Shown piece by piece: positions 33,021 to 41,951 of a stretch of 64,000 bases of DNA. The stretch is taken from assembly GCA_963745035.1 (NCBI GenBank), contig CAVUVW010000014.1, positions 576,001-640,000 of the forward strand, in the 5' to 3' direction. The notes beneath the pieces are model-generated. The model was given only the letters and a program-made list of their open reading frames with translations, did no database searches and was not told the origin of the DNA. Position 1 is the stretch's first letter; each line of letters opens with the position of its first letter. This DNA comes from an uncultured delta proteobacterium. Lineage in GTDB: Bacteria > Desulfobacterota > Binatia > UBA9968. The position numbers and the translations under genes are program-made.

Positions 33021-33590
33021 GTGCCAATTGAGATCCATGATGCTGTTCGAGGAAAAGTGACTTCTCGACAACATCTGTTACGGCTACCCGTGTCGCGATG
33101 GCGAGTCTTCGCCGTTCTCCTGCTGATGGCCGCGTGCCGCCCGCCCGCCGATCCCACGACACAGACTCCTGCCGGCGAATGGCGCGCGTTCGAGGGCACG
33201 TGGACCGCAGCAGGTACGCGCCGGACGCTGCACCTGGGCACGAATGACCGTGCGGCGATCTTCGAAATGACGGGATCCGTACTGCTCACCGGCGCACAAC
33301 GGCCGGCGGTCGGTTTCAGAGCACAGGCGATCGGCTTCTCCGACAGCCGCACAGGCATGCAAGGGCGCTCCGTCTGGACCGACGAGCGCGGCGACATGGT
33401 TTACAGCGAGTTGAAGGGCGAGTTCGTCGGCACCGGTAACCAGATCACAGGCACGTTCATCGGCGGGACGGGCCGTTACGCCGGCATGACTGGCGACTAC
33501 AGTTTTAAGTGGCAGTACCTGATCGATGCAGAAGACGGCGCGGTGAACGGGCGAGTCGTTGATTTCAAGGGCCGCGCGCGGTTCGGCTAG
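33021..33590 (+). CDS. Hypothetical beta-rich lipoprotein (start uncertain)
   Basis: LLLMAAC lipobox; GGTGRYAG motif. Confidence 0.65.
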   Translation: MPIEIHDAVRGKVTSRQHLLRLPVSRWRVFAVLLLMAACRPPADPTTQTPAGEWRAFEGTWTAAGTRRTLHLGTNDRAAIFEMTGSVLLTGAQRPAVGFRAQAIGFSDSRTGMQGRSVWTDERGDMVYSELKGEFVGTGNQITGTFIGGTGRYAGMTGDYSFKWQYLIDAEDGAVNGRVVDFKGRARFG

Positions 33591-33622
33591 GCCGCGATCG
33601 AGCCTGCAGAAGATCCCGCCAG

Positions 33623-35038
33623 ATGAATGTCGCCGCCGTCCATCGCCGCGAGCTAGGAAAACGAGCCCTGTCATTCGCCCTGGCACTCGGCATCTGGTTC
33701 GCGCCCATCCCGGCAGGCTTGACCCGTGAGGCCTGGCACCTCTTCGCGGTTTTCGCGGCAGCGATCTTCTCGGTCGTCGTGAATGCATTTCCGCTCCTGA
33801 CGGCCTCGCTGCTCGCCGTAGGCGCAGTCGTGCTGACTGGCACTGTCGAGCCGGCCAAGGCCTTTGCCGGCTTCGCGAACTCGAGCGTGCTCCTCGTCAT
33901 AGTGGCGTTCCTGGTAGCCCATGCGGTGGTGAAGTCCGGACTCGGTCGTCGCATCAGTCTGCTTGTGGTGAGCGCATTCGGACGATCCACGCTCGGACTG
34001 GGGTACAGCATCTTTCTAACGGACGCGTTGATCGCGCCGGCGTTTCCGAGCAATACGGCGCGCGCCGGCGTGCTCTACCCGATCATTCTTTCCCTGGCTC
34101 AGAGCGCTGGTTCCAAGCCGGATGATGCCAGCGGGCGCCGCATGGGCGGTTACCTCATGTTCTGCGGCATGGCGAGCCTGAGCGTCTCGTCGGCTCTATG
34201 GCTCACCGCCACCTCCGCCAACCCCATCGGAGTATCGCTTGCGGCGCAAGCCGGGATAAAAATCACCTTCGGCACGTGGCTGCTGGCTGCGTCGGTGCCG
34301 GCGCTGGCCGCCATAATTCTGCTGCCCCCGCTTCTTTGCTGGTGGTTTCCACCAGGAGGAACCGCCACGCCCGATGCGCCCGGGTTGGCGCGTAAGGAGC
34401 TCCACAGCATGGGGGCGCTCGCACGCGACGAGTGGATCGTCGCGGTGACTTTTGCAGTCATGGTGACCGGATGGGTGATGGCGGACAGCCTGCACCTGAG
34501 TCTTACTGCAGTGGCCTTTGCCGGCCTGGGAGTGCTCCTCGCAACCAATGTCCTCACGCTCGAGGACATCAACCTGCAGGGCAGCACGCTGGCCACCTTC
34601 CTCTGGCTGGCGGTACTTTTCGCGTTGAGCGGCCAGCTGAACGAGCTCGGTTTCATGGGTTACGTCGGCGGGAGGCTTACCACGATGCTCGGAGGCGTAG
34701 CCTGGCCGGTCGCGTATGTCGTTTTGCTGGTGCTCTACGTGCTGATGCACTATATGTTCGTGAGCCAGGCGGCGCAGGTCCTCGCGCTCTTCGGTGTATT
34801 TCTCGACGTCGCCGTGCGCACCGGCGTCCCCGCATCGCTGATGTCCTTTGCGCTGCTCTTCGCAAGCAGCTACTTCTCCACCATCACTCCGCAGGGCGGC
34901 AGCCAGAACGTCATCTTCGTAGGCAGCAACTACCTAACACAGGGCGAGCTCTACTGGCTTGGCCTGCTGACTACGGGGTTTTGCCTACTCGTGTTCCTGG
35001 TGCTGGGAACGCCCTGGTTACTGTTCATCGCAAGGTGA
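33623..35038 (+). CDS. DASS-family anion/dicarboxylate transporter (CitT/TtdT-like)
   Basis: KSGLGRRI, PAFPSNTAR-x-G, LTATSANP; many TMs. Confidence 0.9.
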   Translation: MNVAAVHRRELGKRALSFALALGIWFAPIPAGLTREAWHLFAVFAAAIFSVVVNAFPLLTASLLAVGAVVLTGTVEPAKAFAGFANSSVLLVIVAFLVAHAVVKSGLGRRISLLVVSAFGRSTLGLGYSIFLTDALIAPAFPSNTARAGVLYPIILSLAQSAGSKPDDASGRRMGGYLMFCGMASLSVSSALWLTATSANPIGVSLAAQAGIKITFGTWLLAASVPALAAIILLPPLLCWWFPPGGTATPDAPGLARKELHSMGALARDEWIVAVTFAVMVTGWVMADSLHLSLTAVAFAGLGVLLATNVLTLEDINLQGSTLATFLWLAVLFALSGQLNELGFMGYVGGRLTTMLGGVAWPVAYVVLLVLYVLMHYMFVSQAAQVLALFGVFLDVAVRTGVPASLMSFALLFASSYFSTITPQGGSQNVIFVGSNYLTQGELYWLGLLTTGFCLLVFLVLGTPWLLFIAR

Positions 35039-35143
35039 CGCCGGTGGGCATAACACTACGACAGCGCCAAGCATTCGAGAGTCTGATCGTCGCAACGGCA
35101 CCGGAGACGAGCCACTTCTGGAGGTGATCTGGAGGTGATATAG

Positions 35144-35453
35144 ATGCGTGCTCGAAAATACAAAAGAGATTGCGCGCTTGAAGCCAAGCTCACCGTTGCT
35201 GAGGAACGCGTCCTGACGCTGATTTCTCAATCGATGACGAACCGAAGCTGCTCATAAATTGGGGACCAGCCCTGCCACGGTAAAGCGGCACCTGGAAAAT
35301 ATTCTGCGCAAGCTACCAGTGCGTAATCGCTTCGAAGCGGCGATATATCGCATGAGCATGGATCGGTCTTGCGCGCGCAACAAAAGCGATTGTCCACTCG
35401 CTAAATGGCGAAAATCTTACGATGACAAGGTAAATGGACCGATCGGCCGATAG
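35144..35453 (+). CDS. Stand-alone LuxR/GerE-type HTH regulator; frameshift ~35245
   Basis: GGAGGTG RBS; LTVAEERVLTLISQSMTNR / AAHKLGTSPATVKRHLENILRKL-x-VRNR matches the LuxR C-terminal HTH. Confidence 0.75.
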
Positions 35454-35635
35454 ATTGAACTTTCACATCAATGCTATAAGCCCATCCTAAAAAGCCCATC
35501 CTCAGCCTTTCGCTACCTGTAGCAGGCCTGAAAAAAAAGAGAGAAGTCCAATATTCCTTTGCAGCATTGAACTGATGGACGCTTCAATTTGATATCACCG
35601 GAGATTGGATTGATGGAGAATTCAATTCAATTACA

Positions 35636-35728
35636 CGGTAACGACAAAAGCTCAGCGACCCGGCCCGCGAGGGCGTGCGATTGCAACCAGAGCGCGATGG
35701 CCGGGTTCGCTGCAGCGCCTGGTTAGGC
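35636..35728 (-). mobile_element. Integron attC-like recombination site
   Basis: On - strand: R'' GCCTAAC, 5-nt spacer, L'' GCTGCAGC, GC-rich palindromic arm, L' GCTGAGC, R' GTTACCG; L'' has one extra base relative to L'. Confidence 0.8.
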
Positions 35729-36939
35729 GTTGTTGCGGTCATATGCCGAAGATTGAACTCAGGGCACGAACGCGAGAAAAAGATACGCGGCAAACAGGAC
35801 TAGATGGACTGCCCCCTGCATCAGGTAAGTGCGCCCGGTGCCGAGAGTGACGGCGCTCACCAGAAACGTGAGCATGAGCATCGCGATGTCCTTGGACTCC
35901 AAGCCCAAAACCAGGGGCAGACCGAAGGCAGCCGACGCCAGCACCACCACGGGAACCGTGAGACCGATGCAGGCGAGCGCGGAGCCGATCGCCAGATTCA
36001 TGCTGCTCTGCAGTCGATCCGCCCGGGCAGCGCGCACCGCGGCCCACGTTTCCGGCAGCAAGACCAGCGCAGCAATCACGATTCCGACCACGGCCCTCGG
36101 CGCATTGGCCGCCTCGACGGCGCGCTCGATGGTCGGCGAAAGCATTCTTGGCCAGGCCTACGACCGCCACGAGCGAGACGAGGAGCATCCCGAAGCTCAC
36201 CCACGCCTCCCGAGTCGTCGGCGGCTCGGCATGCGCGTCCGGGTTGGCCGCGTCGGTCACGGGAATGAAATAGTCGCGATGGCGGACGGTCTGAACGAAG
36301 ATGAAGATCGCCCAGAGTGCGGCCGAGCTTACCGCCACGAACGCGAGTTGTGAGCTGCTGTAAGTGCCGCCCGGCGTGGTGGTCGTAAACACCGGCAGGA
36401 CGAGCGTGAGCGTCGACATCACGATCAGCGCGGCAAGGCCTGCTCCAGCGCCCTCGACGCGGAAGGTCTGCTCACGGTGCGCAAGACCGCCGAGCAGAAT
36501 GCAGATACCGACAACACCGGTGCAGATGATCATCACGGCAGCGTAGATCGAGTCGCGCGCCAGGACCGCCATGTCATTGCCGCCTGCGATCACCATCGAG
36601 AGAATGAGCGCCGTCTCAATCACCGTCACGGCCACGCGCAAGAACGAGGGTGCCAAAGGGCTCACCGACGCGATGAGCGACGACTTCGGCATGGTGGACG
36701 GCGGCGATGACCGTCCCCATCAGCACGACGCCGCACAGCACGGTGAGCCACGTTCCCACGCCTGCCACGAGCGCAGCAACGAGCGAAGCGAGCGCCAACA
36801 CAGGGATAAGCCAGGTCCAGATAGGCATGTTGTCGGTTGTAGCTCAGAAAGCGGTCATCCCGAAGATTAATCGCGAAGGACCGCAACCGGCCCGCAGTCG
36901 TCGTCGCGCCACGATGTGACGTGCGCCCCGTAGCCTAAC
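35642..36939 (-). mobile_element. Solitary integron-type gene cassette carrying the CaCA antiporter
   Basis: 5' core site GTTAGGC (36939-36933, - strand) is the exact complement of the attC R'' GCCTAAC; single gene, antisense to all neighbours. Confidence 0.7.
35759..36828 (-). CDS. Ca2+/H+ antiporter, CaCA family (ChaA/Y4hA-like); frameshifts ~36637 and ~36147
   Basis: AVHHAEVVAHRVGEPFGTLVLA-AVTVIE, LLPE, NLAIGSALACIGL. Confidence 0.85.
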
Positions 36940-37425
36940 TATTAAGTGAGCCGCCGTAGCTGGCAACAAATGCCGGTCGGCTTATCCCGGCGACAGCTTG
37001 GCAGTAAAAGTTCAAGTTGCCGTGGAATATCCATCAGCTCACCTGGATTGTCAACGTAGAGTTTTTCGTTAAAAAGCCGACCGGCGCGGCAGCTTTTTTA
37101 CCTAACGATCGGCGGCCTATTTCGGCCAGACCATCGCAAAACTTCCGCAGGATTGAACTGTACGACGCTTCAATCGCCAGATGCAATTTCTCCGATAGGC
37201 TAATAGCGCAATGTTGAGAGCGAACGCGCCATACACCACTTGCTCATAACAATCGCTAGAAATGCCGATTGGCTGATGCTAAACGTTGACTGTTTCGAAC
37301 GCAGTGTTTATGACGCGATATATAGGCATCGTATCGGGTATGTTTGAACTAGCCTTAGCTCTGCTGCCCAACGCGACCTAGGAACTCTGCATCGCCCGCA
37401 CGGAACAACGTTCGAGGATAAGCCA

Positions 37426-38028
37426 TTGGCAGAGCACGCCGTTACGATTCTCATTATTCTGAGCGTTGTTCTTATCGGTCTGCTGATCGTTCGGCCGTCG
37501 CTTACCGCGGTCACCGGCGGCAAGATTCTAGCCTTTATCGCCCTATTTATTTTGCCGATCACCGCGCTAGCATTGGGCTCGGCGGTTCATCTCAAAGAGG
37601 CCACATCCACCAGCTTCTGTCTATCCTGCCATCCGATGGAGGCCTACGGAAATAGTCTGCGCATTGACGATCCAACCTATCTTCCCGCCTTCCACTTCCA
37701 AAACAATCTCATTTCGCGAAGTGAAGCTTGTTATACCTGTCATACTAACTACGCGATGTTTGGCGGCTTACACGCCAAGCTCGGCGGCCTCAAGCATCTC
37801 TACGTCTACTACTTCGGGACGGTCCCGGAAAAGCTCGCTCTTTATGAGCCTTACAACAATCGTGAATGCCTGCACTGCCACGACGGCGCGAGATCGTTTG
37901 AAGAAACCTCGCCTCACAAAGAAATGCGGGAGCAGCTGGGCACCAATGACATGTCATGTCTGACCTGTCATAACAAGATCCATGACGTTCCGCAGGTGGA
38001 CACGATGAAGCTGTGGAAAGGACCGTGA
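37426..38028 (+). CDS. NapC/NirT-family tetraheme cytochrome c
   Basis: Two N-terminal TMs; FCLSCHPM, CYTCH, CLHCH, CLTCH. Confidence 0.85.
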   Translation: MAEHAVTILIILSVVLIGLLIVRPSLTAVTGGKILAFIALFILPITALALGSAVHLKEATSTSFCLSCHPMEAYGNSLRIDDPTYLPAFHFQNNLISRSEACYTCHTNYAMFGGLHAKLGGLKHLYVYYFGTVPEKLALYEPYNNRECLHCHDGARSFEETSPHKEMREQLGTNDMSCLTCHNKIHDVPQVDTMKLWKGP

Positions 38029-38285
38029 TGATGGCCGAGATTACCTATCGATTGCAACGAAGGCTCAAGATCGCCGCTTACCTGCTGATTGCCGGGCTGC
38101 TGGTGGAAGCCGTGACGTTGTACTGGTCCAGCCCCCTGAGTTTCATGCTTTTCATCGGGGTCGGCGGAACTCTCATCGGTTTGGGCATCATCGTTTACCT
38201 CACGGCCATCGTTGACCCCATGAACCGGCCGAACGCGACGGCTGAAACAATGTTTCGAGGACGTAAAAGAACGAATTTCAAATGA
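38028..38285 (+). CDS. Small two-TM hypothetical protein
   Basis: Two hydrophobic segments; coupled to the stop of the upstream gene. Confidence 0.6.
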   Translation: MMAEITYRLQRRLKIAAYLLIAGLLVEAVTLYWSSPLSFMLFIGVGGTLIGLGIIVYLTAIVDPMNRPNATAETMFRGRKRTNFK

Positions 38286-38296
38286 GGAGAAAAGCA

Positions 38297-38500
38297 ATGA
38301 ACATAGCGCGTACATTAGCGATCAGCAGCATCGTTTGTTGTTCGGCTGGCCCGTTTCACGGGTTGTGGCCGCTGATGCCCAGGCGGGTAAGGTAGTGTAT
38401 GACAAAAATTGCGCGGGGTGCCACGGCGCCGACGGCAAAGGAAATCCGGTCTATGATCAAAGCTCCTCGGAGAAAAAGGCTTGAATATCGTCACTCTCAT
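38297..38500 (+). pseudogene. Degraded class I monoheme cytochrome c
   Basis: GAGGAG RBS, ATG 38297; shifted frame reads ADAQAGKVVYDKNCAGCHGADGKGNP (CXXCH 38410-38424), then frameshifts and truncation. Confidence 0.65.
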
Positions 38501-38668
38501 GTGGATCGTCACGCGGAGATCTCCGTGACTAGCTCATAGTTTCTTACTTACTGGACTCGTGCCAAAACCCCCTCGCAGTCGGCCGATTACTGGCGACTGT
38601 GCACCATCTTTCGACTCTTTTTCTTCGCGATCTTCACCGCGGCCTTTCTGCCCTGGGTGCTCGCGCCA

Positions 38669-38688
38669 TGTTGGACTAAGGTCCAATA
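38669..38688 (+). promoter_or_regulatory. Operator box 7 (TGTTGGACTAAGGTCCAATA), upstream of frd operon
   Basis: 15/16 match; TGA then TACGCG starting at 38710; extra half-site GTCCAATA at 38744-38751. Confidence 0.85.
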
Positions 38689-38785
38689 TGCGCCCCAGCG
38701 GCTTCCTGATACGCGTTTAAGAAAACTCATCCCGGGCTACCACGTCCAATACTGAATCGAGCGGCATAGAGATGGAGGAAGAGCC

Positions 38786-39559
38786 ATGAACGACCAAGTC
38801 GATGTCATTGCCGGAACCGGTCTCGACCTCAAGGCGCGAAAGAGTCACTGGCCGGCGCGTTTGGATTTTGCCCAGAGCGCGAGCGGATTGTTCTTGGGCC
38901 TCTTCATGTGGGGCCATATGGCTTTCGTATCGACGATTCTGATCAGCAACGATGCCATGTGGTGGGTGACCAAGATGTTCGAGGGACAGTTTATTTTCGG
39001 CAAAGCTTATCCCGGTATCGTGGCTGCAGTCGTCGCCGTGGTTTCGTTCCTGTTCGTGCTCCATGGCTTGCTCGCCATGAGAAAATTTCCTGCGAACTTT
39101 CAAGAATACAAAGGTTTCGCCAGCCACCGGCAAATGCTGCGCCATGAAGACACCACACTTTGGTGGGTGCAGGCGTGGACCGGCTTCGCGCTCTTCTTTC
39201 TGGCTTCGGTTCATCTCTACCAGATGCTCATGCATCCCGGCGACATCGGCCCTTACGAATCGGCGGAGCGCGTGTGGAGCGGCCGCTGGTGGCCGCTGTA
39301 TCTCGTCTTGTTGTTTGCCGTCGAGCTGCACGGTGGAGTCGGCTTGTATCGCTTGGCGGTAAAGTGGGGCTGGTTCGAAGGCAAAGATCCGAATCGGACG
39401 CGCAAGATGCTCAAGCGGCTCAAGTGGGCGATCACGATTTTCTTTCTCACGCTCGGGCTGCTCACCTTGGCCGCATACATGAAACTCGGCCACGAGCGCC
39501 GCGACCGGTTAGGCGAGCGCTATGTGCCATCCCACGCCGCGCCGGCCCAGCAACGCTAG
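38786..39559 (+). CDS. frdC: Fumarate reductase diheme cytochrome b subunit (Wolinella type)
   Basis: QSASGLFLGLFMWGHM, HGLLAMRKFP, HEDTTLWWVQ, SVHL, VELHGGVGLYRLAVKWGWF. Confidence 0.92.
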   Translation: MNDQVDVIAGTGLDLKARKSHWPARLDFAQSASGLFLGLFMWGHMAFVSTILISNDAMWWVTKMFEGQFIFGKAYPGIVAAVVAVVSFLFVLHGLLAMRKFPANFQEYKGFASHRQMLRHEDTTLWWVQAWTGFALFFLASVHLYQMLMHPGDIGPYESAERVWSGRWWPLYLVLLFAVELHGGVGLYRLAVKWGWFEGKDPNRTRKMLKRLKWAITIFFLTLGLLTLAAYMKLGHERRDRLGERYVPSHAAPAQQR

Positions 39560-39567
39560 CGGGGCCA

Positions 39568-39725
39568 AAATTCGAAGCACGAAACCCGAAATCCGAAACA
39601 ATCTCAAATGATCAAAATACGGAAAATTCTAAACGAGAGGCATTCGGATTCGGTAATTTGGATTTGCCGGTTTTGAAAATTTTGTCTGTCTTTGTTTCGG
39701 ATTTCGATATTCGGATTTCGAATTT
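39568..39725. repeat. AT-rich palindromic element with heptamer-periodic arms
   Basis: Left AAATTCG-AAGCACG-AAACCCG-AAATCCG-AAACAA; right TTGTTT-CGGATTT-CGATATT-CGGATTT-CGAATTT. Confidence 0.75.
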
Positions 39726-39799
39726 GTTTCGCTGGTTGTTGGCAGGAGAAAATTCTTGAAGTGCTTCTGACGAACATTTCAAAAGGAAGAAGTTAAGCC

Positions 39800-41812
39800 A
39801 TGAAAATCATTTACACCGACGTTCTGGTTGTCGGCGGAGGTCTTGCCGGCCTGCGCATCGGCATCGGCGCCAAACGGCGCGGTCATGACGTGATCATTCT
39901 GTCTCTCGTGCCGCCGAAGCGCTCGCATTCCGCCGCGGCACAAGGCGGTATGCAGGCGAGCCTCGGCAACGTCATCAAGGGCGAGGGCGACAACGAAGAC
40001 GTGCACTTCGAAGACACGGTGCGCGGCAGCGACTGGGGCGCCGACCAGGAAGTCGTGCGCATGTTCGTCGACACCGCGCCCAAAGCGGTGCGCGAGCTGG
40101 CGGCTTGGGGTTTACCATGGAGCCGCGTCACCAGAGGCGACCGCGACGTGATCATCAACGGTCAGAAAGTCACGATCACCGAGCGCGATGAAGCCCATGG
40201 ATTGATCGCCCAGCGCGCCTTCGGCGGCACCAACAAGTGGCGCACTTGTTATGTCTCGGACGGCACGGGGCACGCGATGCTGTTTACGATGAGCGACCAA
40301 GCGATCGCTCATCAGATCCCGGTGCACGAGCGCGCCGAAGCGATCGCCTTGATCCATGACGGTGCTCGTTGTTATGGCACCATAGTTCGCAACTTGGTCA
40401 CCGGCGAGTTGGTAGCCTACGTCTCGAAAGCCACCGCGATTACCGGGGGCGGTGCAGGGCGGCTCTATCGCGTGACGACGAATGCGGTGATCTCCGAAGG
40501 TATTCCGACCGCCATCGCGCTGGAGACCGGCGTTGCCACCCTGGGGAACATGGAGGCGGTACAGTTCCATCCGACGCCTGCCTTTCCGGCAGGCATTCTT
40601 CTGACCGAGGGCGCGCGCGGTGACGGCGGCTTGCTGAAAGACGTCGACGGCCACCGTTTCATGCCCGACTATGAGCCGGAGAAAAAGGAGCTCGCCTCCC
40701 GCGACGTGGTTTCACGGCGCATGGAAGAGCACATCGCCAAGGGCAAAGGCGTCAAGTCGCGATTCGGCGACCATCTGTGGCTGGATATCACGCTATTGGG
40801 CGAGCACCACATCAAGCACAACCTGCGTGAGGTTTACGAGATCTGTCATTACTTTCTTGGCGTCGATCCGGTGAAAGACTGGGTGCCGGTGCGGCCGGCA
40901 CAGCACTACACCATGGGCGGCGTGCGCACGAATTATACCGGCGAAAGTCCGACCTTGAAGGGATTATTCTCGGCCGGCGAAGCGGCGTGCTGGGACATGC
41001 ATGGCTTCAACCGGTTGGGCGGTAACTCGGTGGCCGAGACAGTGGCAGCCGGCATGATCGTCGGCGAGTTTATCGCCGACTTCTGCGAGAGGGACAAGGC
41101 CGGGAATATTCCTACCGGCGTGATCGAGGAAGCGCTGCGCCGGGAGCAAGCCAAGATCGACGTATTGATCGACGGCCGCGGCACGGAAAACGCCGCGACG
41201 ATCATGGGCGAGATGCAGACGCTCATGACGAATAAAGTCGGCATTTTTCGTCGCGGCCCAGTGTTGGAGGAGGCGGTGCACGAGTTACAGCAACTCTTAT
41301 TGCGCAGCCGCAACATTGGCCTGCGCTATAAGGCGCGGGGCGCCAATCCTGAGCTGGTGACGGCCTATCGGGTGCAGAAAATGCTCAAGATGGCGCTGTG
41401 CGTCGCCTATGGCGCGCTCCAGCGAACCGAAAGCCGCGGCGCTCACTTCCGCGAGGACTTCCCGCGCCGCAACGACGCCGAGTGGCTGAACCGCACCTTG
41501 GCGACTTGGAAGTCGGAAAGCGACACCCTGCCGTCGCTCGCCTACGAAAAAATCGATGTCATGAAAATGGAATTGCCGCCGGGCTGGCGCGGCTACGGCG
41601 CCAAGGACCACATCGATCATGCCGACACGGCCAGACGCATGGCGGAGGTCGATGCGCTCAAGCAATCGCGAGATGGCGCGGATCGCTTTACGGTACAGGC
41701 GAAGCTGATGCCCTACGAGCATCTGTTGCCGAAGACCCTGCGCGGCAAGAATGAACGGCTTGGCGAAACGATTGCGGACCGTGGAGAGCCTCGCGACCTG
41801 CGAGCAGGATAA
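39800..41812 (+). CDS. frdA: Fumarate reductase flavoprotein
   Basis: [16 protein letters not shown] (covalent FAD His), [32 protein letters not shown]. Confidence 0.95.
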   Translation: MKIIYTDVLVVGGGLAGLRIGIGAKRRGHDVIILSLVPPKRSHSAAAQGGMQASLGNVIKGEGDNEDVHFEDTVRGSDWGADQEVVRMFVDTAPKAVRELAAWGLPWSRVTRGDRDVIINGQKVTITERDEAHGLIAQRAFGGTNKWRTCYVSDGTGHAMLFTMSDQAIAHQIPVHERAEAIALIHDGARCYGTIVRNLVTGELVAYVSKATAITGGGAGRLYRVTTNAVISEGIPTAIALETGVATLGNMEAVQFHPTPAFPAGILLTEGARGDGGLLKDVDGHRFMPDYEPEKKELASRDVVSRRMEEHIAKGKGVKSRFGDHLWLDITLLGEHHIKHNLREVYEICHYFLGVDPVKDWVPVRPAQHYTMGGVRTNYTGESPTLKGLFSAGEAACWDMHGFNRLGGNSVAETVAAGMIVGEFIADFCERDKAGNIPTGVIEEALRREQAKIDVLIDGRGTENAATIMGEMQTLMTNKVGIFRRGPVLEEAVHELQQLLLRSRNIGLRYKARGANPELVTAYRVQKMLKMALCVAYGALQRTESRGAHFREDFPRRNDAEWLNRTLATWKSESDTLPSLAYEKIDVMKMELPPGWRGYGAKDHIDHADTARRMAEVDALKQSRDGADRFTVQAKLMPYEHLLPKTLRGKNERLGETIADRGEPRDLRAG

Positions 41813-41951
41813 AATTTCGGACCCGAGTGAATGCGAGAGCGTTCAGCGTTGAACTAACGTTTCGCAATGCGCAATCGAGACGGATCACCTTGAAGCGGCT
41901 CGAGTCCCCCTTTTTGCGGTATTGTAGCGGGACACGAAAGGAGTATCCGCC

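Noticed and set aside
35584-35793. 69-aa minus-strand ORF containing PNQALQRTRPSRSGCNR
   Set aside because: It is the conceptual translation of the attC palindrome, not a credible protein.
3748-38688. Repeated 20-bp palindrome as CRISPR repeats or IS ends
   Set aside because: Copies are isolated and mostly kb apart, with no regular spacers, cas genes or transposase; each sits in a promoter position.
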